Assembly (NCBI GenBank): GCA_963716175.1
Contig: OY970296.1
Coordinates: 288,001-352,000, forward strand
Direction of reading: 5' to 3'
Length of the DNA: 64,000 nucleotides
Source of the DNA: an uncultured Armatimonadetes bacterium
GTDB lineage: Bacteria > Armatimonadota > Hebobacteria > Hebobacterales > Hebobacteraceae
The position numbers were made by a program, and so were the translations under genes. A model generated the notes under the pieces. It ran no database searches, was not told the DNA's origin, and saw only the letters and a list, made by a program, of their open reading frames with translations. Of this stretch, positions 45,475 to 56,285 are shown piece after piece (positions within the stretch are counted from its first letter, which is position 1; every line of letters starts with the position of its first letter).

Positions 45475-46497
45475 GTGAGCAAGCCGGAGTGCTACCGCAC
45501 CACCTACGAGGATATTGGCGAGATGCTCTCCCGCGTGCGCAGGGGCGAGGTGAGGCAGATAGGCCAGTCGGCGGGCGGCCGCGCCCTCTGGGCCGTCTGC
45601 TACGGAGAGAAAGAGCCCATCGCCCATTCCGCGAACCTCTCCTCGGCCCTCGCCGCGGGCAAGCCCGAGGCTTTCTTCGGCGCGAGAAGGCGCGAGAGGC
45701 AGGTCCTCGTGATCACCGCGGCCGTGCACGGCGGCGAGATGGAGGGGATCGCGGCCACCCTGAACTTGGTGGAGGTGCTGGAGACTGGCCGCGACCTGAA
45801 GGGCGAGAAGTGGCCAGGGCTGGCCGCAGCCGATGAGCTGCGGCTGGTCATCGTGCCCTGCCTGAACCCCGACGGCAGAGCCCGGGTGCCGGCCGATGAT
45901 CCTACCATCTGGACGGAAGATGAGGTCGAGAAGTACCGCCACGGCCTGAACGCCGATGGCAGCCGGATCGGCTGGCCGGAATGCAAAGTGCCGCACCCGC
46001 GCGATCCGGCCGCGGACGGGTTCCTGGGAGCCTACTTCAACGACGCCGGGGTCAACCCGCTGCACGGCGTCTTCCTCCCGACCGAAGTGGCGCCCGAGAC
46101 CCATGCCGCCATGGCGTTAGCTGTGGACGAGAAGCCGGACTGCGTACTCGACCTGCACTCGTGCGGCGCCGGTCCGTTTTTCATCGTTGGTGACGAGGCC
46201 CTGCCGGAGAGATTCGCGCGCCGGCAGTTCTACCTGGATGGCTTCTTCAGGCAGCTCCTGCGGGAGCGACTGGGCATCCACCGCAGCTGGACCACAGAGG
46301 GGCGCGAGGGCGCGCTGACCCTGGACGGCGCCTATTATCACCTGTGCCACGCCCTACCCCTGGTCTTCGAGAGCGCTGACGGCACCGACGCCGATCGCCC
46401 CTTCACCCACGAGCAGATCGTGGACATGCAGCTCGTCGCGGTCGAAACTCTGCTGACGGTTGGCGCGCGAGAGGGGTTCAAACCCCATGAACCCTGA
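45475..46497 (+). CDS. M14 zinc carboxypeptidase/deacylase family protein
   Basis: IGQSAGGR, HGGE, NPDG, LDLHS. GGAGAGG SD before GTG 45475. Confidence 0.8.
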   Translation: MSKPECYRTTYEDIGEMLSRVRRGEVRQIGQSAGGRALWAVCYGEKEPIAHSANLSSALAAGKPEAFFGARRRERQVLVITAAVHGGEMEGIAATLNLVEVLETGRDLKGEKWPGLAAADELRLVIVPCLNPDGRARVPADDPTIWTEDEVEKYRHGLNADGSRIGWPECKVPHPRDPAADGFLGAYFNDAGVNPLHGVFLPTEVAPETHAAMALAVDEKPDCVLDLHSCGAGPFFIVGDEALPERFARRQFYLDGFFRQLLRERLGIHRSWTTEGREGALTLDGAYYHLCHALPLVFESADGTDADRPFTHEQIVDMQLVAVETLLTVGAREGFKPHEP

Positions 46498-46532
46498 GCC
46501 AGAGCGAAAGCGAGAAAGGACGGGACACTGGC

Positions 46533-47570
46533 ATGCTGAATCGCCGATGGTGGAGGCTGGCCGCGGCAAGCGCGGTGGTGGTTGGCTACGCCACCGTCTG
46601 GTGCAATCGGCCTGCGAGGGCTGAGATGCAATCCCCCACACTCCCCCAGGGCTGCGGCCTCTCGGCCCGCTATCCCGGCGATGCGGGCATTGCCCGAGAT
46701 CCGGCCGTACTGCTGGCAGAGGATTTCGAGAAAGGTGACCTGGAGGCGCTCGCGAAGCGGTGGGAGAGTGTGAGCAACGAGGGGGGAAAGGTGCTCGCCC
46801 TCAGCCGCGATGTGCCTCCGGCGAGCGCGGGCGAGCACTCACTCCAGATGACGGCCACCCTTGGCGAGAACACCGGCGGCCATCTCTACACCAAGCTTCC
46901 GCGGGGCGTGGATCAGGTGTTCGCTCGCTTCTACGTGAAGTTCCCTCAGAACGCGCAGTACCTCCATCACTTCGTCCACCTGGGTGGCTACAATCCCTCC
47001 ACCCGCTGGCCGCAGGGAGGCGCCGGGGAACGGCCGCGGGGCGATGACCGCGTGACGGTCGGCATCGAGCCGGCCGGAGACTACGGCCACCACGCCCCTC
47101 CTGGAGTCTGGAACTTCTACTGCTACTGGCCGGAGATGAAGATATCGGCCGATGGGCGCTACTGGGGCAACGGCCTGCGGCCTGCCGAGGATGCTCAGGC
47201 GCCGCGAGATCGCTGGCAATGCGTTGAGGTGATGATGAAGCTCAACTCAGCGCCCGATGCCCACGATGGAGAGCTAGCGCTGTGGGTGGATGGCGAACTC
47301 AAGGGCCACTTCGCCAAAGGCGCGCGGCGCGGCGACTGGTCGGGAATGGGCTTCCAGCTCGTGGACGCCGGCGGCACGCCATTCGAGGGGTTTCGCTGGC
47401 GCACCAGCGACGATCTCAAGATCAACTTCTTCTGGCTCTTGCACTACGTGACAGAGGGCTCCTATCGCATGAACCAGGTGGGCAGGCCCAGCCGCCTCAA
47501 CCAGGTCTGGTTCGACGATATCGTGGTGGCCGCGGAGTACATCGGTCCGATCAAGCCGCAGCGCCAGTGA
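46533..47570 (+). CDS. Secreted beta-jelly-roll protein (polysaccharide lyase/ConA-like)
   Basis: Signal peptide, EDFE, FARFYVKF, W.CVEVM.KLN..DGELALWVDG, WFDDIVVA.EYIGP. Confidence 0.6.
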   Translation: MLNRRWWRLAAASAVVVGYATVWCNRPARAEMQSPTLPQGCGLSARYPGDAGIARDPAVLLAEDFEKGDLEALAKRWESVSNEGGKVLALSRDVPPASAGEHSLQMTATLGENTGGHLYTKLPRGVDQVFARFYVKFPQNAQYLHHFVHLGGYNPSTRWPQGGAGERPRGDDRVTVGIEPAGDYGHHAPPGVWNFYCYWPEMKISADGRYWGNGLRPAEDAQAPRDRWQCVEVMMKLNSAPDAHDGELALWVDGELKGHFAKGARRGDWSGMGFQLVDAGGTPFEGFRWRTSDDLKINFFWLLHYVTEGSYRMNQVGRPSRLNQVWFDDIVVAAEYIGPIKPQRQ

Positions 47571-47652
47571 GCGGGAATTCGGCCGCTGTGGGGTGAGGCG
47601 CCGGGGCCAGTTAGATCTCAGGGAATGCTCAGGGTTACGGAGTGGCAGGTAC

Positions 47653-48651
47653 ATGAGAGAGATACGAGTCGCAAGCATCCAGCCAATCGGGCAGCCGAAG
47701 ATGAACGTCTTCGGGGGCGAACGTGACCGCGATCTTGGTCGCCAGAAGATCGAGGAGAACCTGGACATGGCCTGCCGACTGCTGGCGCAAGTCGGCGAGG
47801 CGGGCTGCGATATCGTCGCCTATCCCGAGGATGTCCAGGGCATCGCTCACTACGGCTACTACTACGCCGAGCCGGATCTCTTTGCCGATTATGTTGAGCG
47901 CATCCCCGGACCAGCTACCAACCGCATCTCGGAGGTGGCGAGGAAGTATCGCATGCACGTGGTGTTCGGCACCTATGAGCGGATCGGTGACGCCATCTAC
48001 AACACCGCGGTGCTGATGGGGCGCGACGGGGAGATCATCGGTAGGTACCATAAGGTGCAACTGCCGGATGTCGAGCGCTGGAGCGTGACGCCCGGCCACT
48101 CCTTCCCGGTCTTCGAGACGGAGTTTGGGACGGTGGGGATGATGATCTGCTACGACATCAACTTCCCCGAAGTCCCGCGCTGTCTCGCCCTCAACGGCGC
48201 GGAGCTGCTGTTCTGCCCGACGATGGGCTATAGCATGCCGGGCCAGTGCGAGGAGAACGGGCTGATGCGGGTGCGCATGCGGGCAATTGACAACTTCGTG
48301 CCGGTTGTAGTGGCCACCTGTGAGAGAGATTCGGTGATCGTGGACAGCGACGGTACCGTGCTTGCCATGGCGCGGCCCGGGAAAGAGGACATCATCTTCG
48401 CGACCATTGACCTGGATGCCACGCCAATGGACCACAGCCAGTGGGAGCTCATCACGGGCGTTGCCGACCTCAAGGCGCGCCTCTTCCAAGAGAGACGTCC
48501 GGAGGTCTTCGCGCCCATCGCCGACCCGCGTCCGCCAGCCCTGGGGCGGTACCAGGACAAGCCGCTGAAGTCAACGCCGGACCAACGCCAACAGGTCTTC
48601 GCTGAACTATATCGCCGCTGGTCCGGCCGGGAGTGGCAGCGCCCGGTGTAG
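47653..48651 (+). CDS. Carbon-nitrogen hydrolase (nitrilase superfamily)
   Basis: Glu-Lys-Cys triad: YPED, YHKVQL, ICYDINFPE. Confidence 0.9.
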   Translation: MREIRVASIQPIGQPKMNVFGGERDRDLGRQKIEENLDMACRLLAQVGEAGCDIVAYPEDVQGIAHYGYYYAEPDLFADYVERIPGPATNRISEVARKYRMHVVFGTYERIGDAIYNTAVLMGRDGEIIGRYHKVQLPDVERWSVTPGHSFPVFETEFGTVGMMICYDINFPEVPRCLALNGAELLFCPTMGYSMPGQCEENGLMRVRMRAIDNFVPVVVATCERDSVIVDSDGTVLAMARPGKEDIIFATIDLDATPMDHSQWELITGVADLKARLFQERRPEVFAPIADPRPPALGRYQDKPLKSTPDQRQQVFAELYRRWSGREWQRPV

Positions 48652-48694
48652 CTGCCCGCTAGCCTTCCGGTAGGTTGCGGATCTGCAATACTGG

Positions 48695-50689
48695 TCAGAC
48701 TGCTGGCACGGCCGCGCGATACAAGGCCCACATCACACCGTTGATCAGGTCACCACTCACCAAGCCGACGGCCAGCGGAACTGTCTGGCGGTACAGGCGA
48801 AGGCCGCCATAGCGAGTCGCCAGCGTTTTCGCCAGCCAGCCGACGAGGAACGGCATGTAGAACCACTGCATTCCCCAGGAGTGGGCCGCCAGGAATCCCA
48901 CCGGGTGCAGGGGCCACCACCAGAAGCGCAGCCGCAGAAGGCCCAGCGAGATGGCGATGGCGGCACCCGCCGCCATGCCGGCCAGGCCTCTGGCATCGAG
49001 CTGGGAGGGCGTGCTGATGGCGGCGAAGATGTGCCCGGCCCCCCACGCTATCTGCGACCCAAGCCAACTGGTGTCTGCCGCGCGTAGACCGTAGAAGCCG
49101 TAATGGTAGATGCCCGTCAGTGTGACATACACACCAAGGACCATTGACAGCACCAGCCCGGCGGCCATGGCCAAGGTCAGCCGCCTGGTGGGAATCCGGG
49201 CGGAGTCTGCGATCTTCATCCCTTCGAGAACATTGCCGCTGATCACCTGCGCGGTCGAGCCAGCTCCCGGAAAGTATGTCCATCTCAGCGACATGATGGC
49301 GATGACCTCTTGGGGTCGGAAGATGGCGTTCCCAGTCGCGTCGAGCATGTCGTCTATGAAGAGCGGAAACAGCAGCAAGCCCAAGCCAGTCTCCGCCCGC
49401 AGCCAGGTCCACATCAGGTAGAACATGAGGATGAGCGTCACCAGCATCGTGCCCACCCAAAGGCGCGCACCGATCATGGCGCAGAAGTAGACCATCCACG
49501 CGCAGGAGAGAGCGAGCGCGATGAGAGACCAACGATAGGGCAAGGGCTCGTCTGCATCTTCCAAGCCGCTTGCGCGACTGAACGCGATGCGCAGCGCCCG
49601 CCCCAGGTGCCGGCGCGCCCGCCAGGCCGCCCATAGGGAGAGGGCGAAGATCGCGCCGAATCCCTGGAAGGCGAAGGCCGGGAAGGTGGTGTCGCCCAGC
49701 CATCCTTCCGGGCTGCGCGGGGGCGCGCCCGCGGCGATGGCGATGAAGGCCAGCGCGATCCGCAGGAACCAGAAGACCCAGCAAGAGAAGGATAGCTCCT
49801 TCGGGATGAGATAGGCTACCGCGATCAACCATGGCCAGAGCACCAGATCCATTTCTCCGAAAGCTGCCATAGGTCCAGTTGTCTGCGGGGTTATCAACGC
49901 CACCGGCCCGAGCGGGATGGCGGGCAAGGACGGAAGGCAGCTTGCCAGGCGGTTCCAGGATCTGACCCCAAACGAGATGAGAAAGCCGAGCCAGAACACG
50001 CGGGAGGTGGTTAGCAACCCGCGGCGTTCCTCGCCTGAACCACCTTCAGTCACCAGCTCCAGAGGAATCTGTGCAAGGGGAAAGCTCAAGCGCTCGTAGG
50101 TGATCCACTGCCGCTGGATGATCAGCGCGAGGCAGCTCGACGCCACCGCCAGCGCCAGCAAGAATGAGCACCAGGCCGCTAGCGGTGCCAGCCACAGCGA
50201 CCACGGGACTGAGGCATGCCCTACGAAGAAGCTCTCCACCGCATCCCGCTCGGTGGGGCTCAACCACGTCGGCACCAGGTTCAGGAACGTGCCTGCCCAC
50301 TCCGGGTGAACGCTGGCCGCGTACTGGATGTAGATCGCATGCGGCAGCATGTATGCAAGTATCCCGTAGGAGACCATCGGCGCGCCAGCCAACACGATGA
50401 TGAAGATGGCGAGGAGCTCACGGCGACTGAGCCTGAGCCAGCGGCCGATGGGAAGCCAACTGGCGATGGCGGTCAGGAAGAAGAGCACCGCGAAGGGAGC
50501 CGGCGCGGGGACCCCTGCGTTGAAGTCCTCGGCCGAGCTGTGGAGGAGGTCGGTGTAGAAGCCACCGTAGGCCAGCAGAACGAGGGCGAGGGAGGAGAGC
50601 GCCACCACGCGCCAGTTCGCGTCTCCCGGTCCGGCCAACCGCAGCTCCGCTTGCGCGGGTATGCTGCGGCCTTTCAGAACTGCTCCCAA
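48695..50689 (-). CDS. Polytopic membrane protein, DUF6785/DUF6784 (OPT-like putative transporter)
   Basis: RQW..ERLSFPLA..P, RAETG, LR.RFWWWPLHPVG, W..K....YGG..LY...P...GL..GD. Confidence 0.75.
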   Translation of the reverse strand: MGAVLKGRSIPAQAELRLAGPGDANWRVVALSSLALVLLAYGGFYTDLLHSSAEDFNAGVPAPAPFAVLFFLTAIASWLPIGRWLRLSRRELLAIFIIVLAGAPMVSYGILAYMLPHAIYIQYAASVHPEWAGTFLNLVPTWLSPTERDAVESFFVGHASVPWSLWLAPLAAWCSFLLALAVASSCLALIIQRQWITYERLSFPLAQIPLELVTEGGSGEERRGLLTTSRVFWLGFLISFGVRSWNRLASCLPSLPAIPLGPVALITPQTTGPMAAFGEMDLVLWPWLIAVAYLIPKELSFSCWVFWFLRIALAFIAIAAGAPPRSPEGWLGDTTFPAFAFQGFGAIFALSLWAAWRARRHLGRALRIAFSRASGLEDADEPLPYRWSLIALALSCAWMVYFCAMIGARLWVGTMLVTLILMFYLMWTWLRAETGLGLLLFPLFIDDMLDATGNAIFRPQEVIAIMSLRWTYFPGAGSTAQVISGNVLEGMKIADSARIPTRRLTLAMAAGLVLSMVLGVYVTLTGIYHYGFYGLRAADTSWLGSQIAWGAGHIFAAISTPSQLDARGLAGMAAGAAIAISLGLLRLRFWWWPLHPVGFLAAHSWGMQWFYMPFLVGWLAKTLATRYGGLRLYRQTVPLAVGLVSGDLINGVMWALYRAAVPAV

Positions 50690-51168
50690 TGCAGCGCCTC
50701 GCCCACGGAGCGCTTCTGCTTGCGGCCCGGACGATCGGCCGGGTAGCCCAGAGGTAGCAGGCTGACCAGGTGGTGGCCATCCGGAGCTCCCAGCATCTCC
50801 CGGACCTTATCCGCATAGCCCTTCTTGTCGCCCGCCACCCAGCAGGCTCCCAGCCCCAGCGCGGCCGCTGCGATCAGGATGTTCTCAGTGGCCGCACAAC
50901 CGTCTTCCAGGTAGTACTTGGTGTCCTTGCAGAACACCGCGATACAGGCGGGAGCGTCGGCGATGAACTTGCCATAGTCGGTGGTATCAGCGATGCCCTT
51001 CTTCATGCCCTGGTTCGTTATCACCACGAACTCCCAAGGCTCCTTTCCCATCGCGGTAGGAGCCAGCCGGCCGCAGTCCACCAGCTGCTCGAGCAGCTCA
51101 CGGTCCACCGGGTCGGGACGATACCTGCGCACACTTCTGCGCTGCCTGATCGCCTCTAGCGCGTCCAT
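50674..51168 (-). CDS. Nitroreductase family protein
   Basis: RRSVRRY, APTA...PWEF, ATENILIAA.ALGLGACW, LGYP. Confidence 0.92.
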   Translation of the reverse strand: MDALEAIRQRRSVRRYRPDPVDRELLEQLVDCGRLAPTAMGKEPWEFVVITNQGMKKGIADTTDYGKFIADAPACIAVFCKDTKYYLEDGCAATENILIAAAALGLGACWVAGDKKGYADKVREMLGAPDGHHLVSLLPLGYPADRPGRKQKRSVGEALHWEQF

Positions 51169-51183
51169 CGCACCCTCCGCAGC

Positions 51184-52509
51184 TCACCGCGCGTCGTCGC
51201 GGTGCTCCTTGATGAAGCGAGCACGCATGTCGCCAAGCCACGGCTCCACATAGCGCCGGTTGAGGTCTATCTCGGCGACGGCTATCGCGCCCTTGCTCTC
51301 GTTCTCTTTGGAGGCTGCGGCCAGCACCTTCCCTTCCGGGTCTATGATCCAGCTCGGCACATCATAGCCGCAGCTCACGAGGAAGACGTGATTCTCGATG
51401 GCCCGAGCCTTCATCAGCGTCTCATTCCCGCCCCAGATCGGGAGGAAGATGACCTCCGCGCCCTTCAGGGCCATGCGCTGGGCCGGCTCGACGTACTGCA
51501 CATCCCAGCAGATCATCATGCCCACTTTGCCGAAGTCGGTCTCGAAGACTGCGCAGTCCTCACCAGGTGTGACTCCGCCCTCGATCTCCTCCCGCGGGAC
51601 GTAGAACTTGCGATACTTCCCCACCAGCCGGCCTTGCCGGTCAAGCAGGATAGCTGTGTTGTAGACTCCCTTTCCATCGCGCTCGTTGTAGCAGGCCACC
51701 AGGTAGCAGTTGTGCCTTCTCGCCAGCTCGCCTAGGCGCTGCGAGGTGGGCCCAGGGATGGGCTCCGCCACCGCGGCATAGGTCAGCTCCGTGCCCACCA
51801 TCGTCATGCCTTCTGGCAGGCAGATGATGTCCGGCTTGCGCTGGGCGGCCTTGTCTATCCAGGTGCAGAACTCCTCGACGTTCTCCTGCGCGGACTTGCT
51901 CCCCTCCGGGCGGTGGTAGATAGTCGCCACCCTCACCTGGCGGGGCCCGGGCGGATCAACCTGGCCCAGGCTCACATCATCCCACCAGACTGTGCCGCCA
52001 GGGCTCCACCCAAAGAGCAAGTCGAGCCGGACGCCAGTTGCCTCTTCCGGTGCCGGGGCCAGCGCCCACACATGCTTCCAGCTATCCCCGGCGTCTTCGA
52101 TGTGATAGACATAGTCTGGCTGTCCGGCCCGCTCGCCGTTCTGCTTCTGCCAGTCCAGCCGGGCCACTACCGTCCGGCGTTCCTCGGTCGCCTCTCTGGC
52201 GCGGTAGTAAGCGTCGAATCGGTACCAGGCGCCTGCTGCGATGCCGCCAACCGTAACCCGCCACCCGCCATACTCGATAGCCTCCCCACACTCGATTCGC
52301 AGCGACCCGTCGCGCCCGCCGCGAGAGACCTGGGCATCCACGGTGCAGTTGGGGCGGATTTCTTCGCGCGCGGCGTATGGCTGCCATGGGCATCCCGCTT
52401 CCGAGAATGCCTTGTGACTGAGCAAGACCTTCCTCACGTCATCCCCCGATGCTCGCACACCGAGTGCAAACATGACCCATACTAGCAGCAGACAGACTTG
52501 GCGTCTCAT
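51184..52509 (-). CDS. Secreted carbon-nitrogen hydrolase with N-terminal CBM-like domain
   Basis: Signal peptide, GTVWWDDVSL CBM4/9-like end and triad LPEG, YRK, ICWD. Confidence 0.85.
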   Translation of the reverse strand: MRRQVCLLLVWVMFALGVRASGDDVRKVLLSHKAFSEAGCPWQPYAAREEIRPNCTVDAQVSRGGRDGSLRIECGEAIEYGGWRVTVGGIAAGAWYRFDAYYRAREATEERRTVVARLDWQKQNGERAGQPDYVYHIEDAGDSWKHVWALAPAPEEATGVRLDLLFGWSPGGTVWWDDVSLGQVDPPGPRQVRVATIYHRPEGSKSAQENVEEFCTWIDKAAQRKPDIICLPEGMTMVGTELTYAAVAEPIPGPTSQRLGELARRHNCYLVACYNERDGKGVYNTAILLDRQGRLVGKYRKFYVPREEIEGGVTPGEDCAVFETDFGKVGMMICWDVQYVEPAQRMALKGAEVIFLPIWGGNETLMKARAIENHVFLVSCGYDVPSWIIDPEGKVLAAASKENESKGAIAVAEIDLNRRYVEPWLGDMRARFIKEHRDDAR

Positions 52510-52804
52510 TGCAGATCACCTGCCACAGATCATCGTGCTGTCCAGGAGTTCCTCTGGTTCCCAGCGCCCTGCCACTGGCTACGGCCGTTCAGGGACTGTC
52601 GGCCCGCCGGGCGGGAGCTTCGAGCTTGCTCCCGCTGGCTCCTTCACATATCATCTGTATCCACCGCGCGGTGCCGTGGGACGATCAGCGCGGAAGCGGC
52701 GCCCGAAGGCGCCGCACTCCGGCTTCAGATGGTACAGGAGCAGGTCCGGCGGCCCGGCCCTAGATTGCCCTCAGGCCGGCGTCAGCCGGCCCTGACAAGG
52801 GCAC

Positions 52805-52832
52805 GTTGTACCAGCAGGCGCGGCCAGGTCAA
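52805..52832 (-). promoter_or_regulatory. Possible sigma70 promoter for the hydrolase-nitroreductase-transporter operon
   Basis: Minus strand reads TTGACC-16nt-TACAAC with a TG extension. Confidence 0.35.
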
Positions 52833-52914
52833 GAGCTGGCCGGAGTGGGCGTGGGGCCGGGACTGACCACCCCTCTGCCCTACGCGATTCGATGAGGGCA
52901 CCTTCGCTCAGGTC

Positions 52915-52923
52915 TGCTATAAT
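52915..52923 (+). promoter_or_regulatory. Extended -10 promoter for prepilin gene 1
   Basis: TGCTATAAT, a perfect TGn-TATAAT in a GC-rich context, about 95 nt before the start. Confidence 0.6.
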
Positions 52924-53018
52924 GGCGCTGATGCCCAGCGGGAAGGAGGAGTGCAGGATCTTCCGGGGAAGTGCCGGGAGCGCAGTTGTGAATATCGAGT
53001 CGAGGAGGCGGATTGGTC

Positions 53019-54071
53019 ATGAGGAGAACCCGACGCTGCGGATTCACGCTGATCGAGCTGCTGGTAGTGATCGCGATTATTGCGATTCTGGCCGCAATGC
53101 TGTTCCCGGTGTTCGCGCGGGCGCGGGAGTCGGCCCGCAAGATTCAGTGCCTGTCGAATGTGAAGAACATCGCGATGGCCTTCCAGATGTACCTGGCGGA
53201 CTACGATAGGCTTCCGCCGAGGGACCATACGCAGAAGTTCCAGCAGTGGCTCGCCACTGGGGCCGCCAACTTCTGTGAGGACTGCGACCAGGGGGGATCG
53301 TATAGCTGCTGGATCCCGACTCGGTCCAATCCCTATCTGCGATGGCCTGTGCTCTTGGACGAGTACGTGAGGAACCGGGACGTATGGAGGTGCCCCAGCG
53401 CCCGCTTTGTGAACGGCGCCACCTGGATCGTCCCGGGGCCGGATTTTGTCGGGAGTATGATGCGCCACGAAGGAGAATCCTGGGGCGCGGTGGGCGGCGA
53501 TGACTTCTTCGGCGGCGGTCCGTGCGAGATGGCCTGGCCCACGGGATGGGGAGGCAGTGTCACCGATTCCTTCGTGCAGGGAGAAGCCAGAGTGACGGCC
53601 GGTTCCGTGTCGAAGGCCGAGAGGGGCTTCGAGCAGAACGTCGGCACCACCGAAACCACCAACCAGGAGTTGAAGTTGGCTCAGATTGATGACCCCTCCT
53701 GGTTCGTCATGTGTGGGGACGCGGGTGGCTCCTCCGACCCGGGCAACATCGCTAATCCCGCAACCCTGGCCTGGCCGGAGATCTGTATGGTGGGCGGTGG
53801 TGAGGGCTGCGGCAATGACTGGGAGAATGACTCCAGTTCCACCTGGGGATTGGATTATCGCCTCCAGCTCACCTGGTGGTCCGACCCGAACCTGAGGAAG
53901 CAGTACACCCGTCACCTCGGCGGCAGCAACATCGGCTTTGCTGACGGCCACGCAGCCTGGATGTCCGCGGACCAGATATGGCACGACTCCCCGGGCGGCA
54001 ATTCCTACACGGGGATATACGAGCCTAACCGGGGCCACCTGCGCGGCATGGGTTGCCTGTGCGAGTACTGA
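53019..54071 (+). CDS. Prepilin-type N-methylation / DUF1559-like / H-X9-DG protein, paralog 1
   Basis: G^[24 protein letters not shown] and [14 protein letters not shown]. Confidence 0.92.
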   Translation: MRRTRRCGFTLIELLVVIAIIAILAAMLFPVFARARESARKIQCLSNVKNIAMAFQMYLADYDRLPPRDHTQKFQQWLATGAANFCEDCDQGGSYSCWIPTRSNPYLRWPVLLDEYVRNRDVWRCPSARFVNGATWIVPGPDFVGSMMRHEGESWGAVGGDDFFGGGPCEMAWPTGWGGSVTDSFVQGEARVTAGSVSKAERGFEQNVGTTETTNQELKLAQIDDPSWFVMCGDAGGSSDPGNIANPATLAWPEICMVGGGEGCGNDWENDSSSTWGLDYRLQLTWWSDPNLRKQYTRHLGGSNIGFADGHAAWMSADQIWHDSPGGNSYTGIYEPNRGHLRGMGCLCEY

Positions 54072-54109
54072 GTTCCGGCGGTACTCAGGCAATAGCACCT
54101 TGAGCGACG

Positions 54110-54140
54110 GCGGAGCCCGCCTCAGGCGGGCTCCGCTTCT
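54110..54140 (+). terminator. Hairpin after prepilin gene 1
   Basis: GCGGAGCCCGCC-TCA-GGCGGGCTCCGC-TTCT. Confidence 0.7.
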
Positions 54141-54601
54141 ACCGTCAGACCATCCCGCTGGCCATTGGCTGTGTGGTAGGCGATCTCCTGAACAGCGGCC
54201 TCTGGGCGTTCACCGCGGTCGCCACGCGAGGGAGGGTGTGAGCGTCCGGGTCCCGCAATCGTGCCGCCGGGAGGGGCACACGCGCCATCGCCATACCCCG
54301 CGCCTGATCTGCCGACGACTCCGCCGCGGATTCGCCGACGCCATCCCCCACCCCAGCCGCACCCCCCTGGTGGCTCTGTGCCGGCTGCCAGGCCCTTCTT
54401 CCCTCGAAGGCGTCTCGCTGTTGACAGGAGGACTGCGCGGGGAGCAGAGGGAATCACCCAAAGAGGGTGGGCAATCCAGAAGGTAGGCTGCGCGGGGGAG
54501 CCAAGTAAAGAGCAACGCGTTGGGGGGAAGGAGGTGATGTGGAACTGCCCTGGTGCGTGCTGGAATCGCGAGCCTCATTCAGCTTCCTTGGGAGGTAAGT
54601 G

Positions 54602-55624
54602 ATGATGGCAGGGCGCAAGGGTTTCACCCTCATCGAGTTGTTGGTGGTGATCGCGATCATCGCGATCCTGGCTGCCATGCTGTTCCCCGTCTTTGCGCGT
54701 GCGCGCGAGTCAGCGCGCAAGATCCAATGCCTCTCCAATGTGAAGAACATCGCCACCGCAGTCCAGATGTACTTCGCAGACTACGACAAGCTGGTGCCGG
54801 AGGAGCACCGCCAGGAGGTGCTCGACGGCATCCAGGAGCATTGCGGCGGCGAGGGTTGGAACGGCATCCAGACCCAGGCCAACCCTTACCTGCGCTGGCC
54901 GGTGGTCTTCGATGAGTACGTGAAGAACCGGGATGTCTGGCGCTGCCCGAGCGCAACGATCTCCAAGAAGTTCGGGATCGTGAACCCTCGGGGAGGCGAC
55001 TGGTGGGCAGTTGTGAAGGCGAATCAGGACGCCTGGGGCTGCTATGCCATGGGCCCGTGCGACAGCCCGTTTCCAGCAGGCTGGGGCGGAACCGTGACGG
55101 ACTCCTTCGCTCAGCAGATGTGCGCGGTGGAGACCAACGCGGCCACCATCGCGGAGGGCGCGTTCGTCCAGACCGTCGCCACCATTGACTGGTACGAGTT
55201 GAAAAGCAGCGAGATCGGCGATGCCGCCAAGTTCGTGGTCTGCGGCGATGGCGGCATGCAGAACGCCATCTGGTCGGCGCAACTGCTCGCCTACCCGGAG
55301 ATCTGCAAGCTCGCCTGCCCCGCCTGCTGGTATCCGGACTGCGCGGGCTCCTGCGTCAACTGGGAGAACTGCTCCTGGAGTCAGAGCTGCGGCGCGGGCG
55401 ACATCAGGTTCCTCACTGATCTTGAGTACCGCAAGAAGAACGCCCGGCCGAGGCATCTGGGCGGCAGCAACATCGGCTTCGCCGACGGACACGCTGCGTG
55501 GATGCCATCCGAGTCCATTCTCAACAATAGCGTTGACTGGGGCGGCTATCGGGGCGATGATCCAAACCGGGACTATGCGATCACCGGCGGCGTCGGCTAC
55601 TGCGGCCGGCCGACGCTGAAGTAG
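54602..55624 (+). CDS. Prepilin-type N-methylation / DUF1559-like / H-X9-DG protein, paralog 2
   Basis: Same N-terminal motif and [22 protein letters not shown]. Confidence 0.92.
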   Translation: MMAGRKGFTLIELLVVIAIIAILAAMLFPVFARARESARKIQCLSNVKNIATAVQMYFADYDKLVPEEHRQEVLDGIQEHCGGEGWNGIQTQANPYLRWPVVFDEYVKNRDVWRCPSATISKKFGIVNPRGGDWWAVVKANQDAWGCYAMGPCDSPFPAGWGGTVTDSFAQQMCAVETNAATIAEGAFVQTVATIDWYELKSSEIGDAAKFVVCGDGGMQNAIWSAQLLAYPEICKLACPACWYPDCAGSCVNWENCSWSQSCGAGDIRFLTDLEYRKKNARPRHLGGSNIGFADGHAAWMPSESILNNSVDWGGYRGDDPNRDYAITGGVGYCGRPTLK

Positions 55625-55648
55625 CCACCCCCTCTCACGGAACGACAG

Positions 55649-55675
55649 GCGGAGCGCCCCCAGTGGGCGCTCCGC
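55649..55675 (+). terminator. Hairpin after prepilin gene 2
   Basis: GCGGAGCGCCC-CCAGT-GGGCGCTCCGC. Confidence 0.65.
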
Positions 55676-55957
55676 TCCCTCATCTGGTCGCCGCCCGGCC
55701 CCAGGAGACCCACCTTCTCGGCCGGCGCGTACGGCCATTTCCGCCTTCTCCAGGGATTAGCGCGCCCGCGGCGTACACCAGCAGGGGGAATGGACTTATG
55801 AGCGGCAGCGAACTCGACCCGGACAATGGCGCGGCTCCCGCGCCAGCCGCGCCACAACAGGCGCAGGCCGGCCAAGGACCTGATCTCGCGCTCCCGCGGC
55901 ATGCGGCTCCACCGCCGCGGCATTCCCCTGGCGGTAGGGGCGATCCTGGGAGACATA

Positions 55958-55979
55958 GTAGCGCAGGCTCCCAGCCTGC
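55958..55979 (+). repeat. GTAG-family REP-like palindrome
   Basis: GTAG-C-GCAGGCT-CCC-AGCCTGC. Single copy in the window. Confidence 0.45.
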
Positions 55980-56071
55980 CCCTAATGTGGTGACCATGGT
56001 CTGGGCCCCGACCGGCCTGGCAATGGGACATAGCATGTGTTCAGCTTTCTGGAGCTGAGGAGGACGCTGGG

Positions 56072-56125
56072 ATGAAGACGGACGCGATGGTGCTCGTCAA
56101 ACCCGGCCTGGTGGAAGTGACACAT
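56072..56125 (+). pseudogene. Possible 5' remnant of a zinc-binding (MDR) dehydrogenase
   Basis: GAGGAGG SD followed by MKTDAMVLVKPGLVEV, after which the similarity is lost. Confidence 0.3.
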
Positions 56126-56285
56126 TCTGACTGGCCGTCGGACACGAGTGCACCGCCCGTCATCACCCTGTCGCGGATTCGGAAACACACGCTGGGAGGA
56201 GATCCCGACTGCTTCCGACTCCGCCAACGGGCGGTCCGACGACCCCGATGGGCGCAGGGTAGTGGTCTAGCTGGGGAGGAGCGGA

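Noticed and set aside
54421-54450. TTGACA as -35 element for prepilin gene 2
   Set aside because: No acceptable -10 hexamer 16-18 nt downstream.
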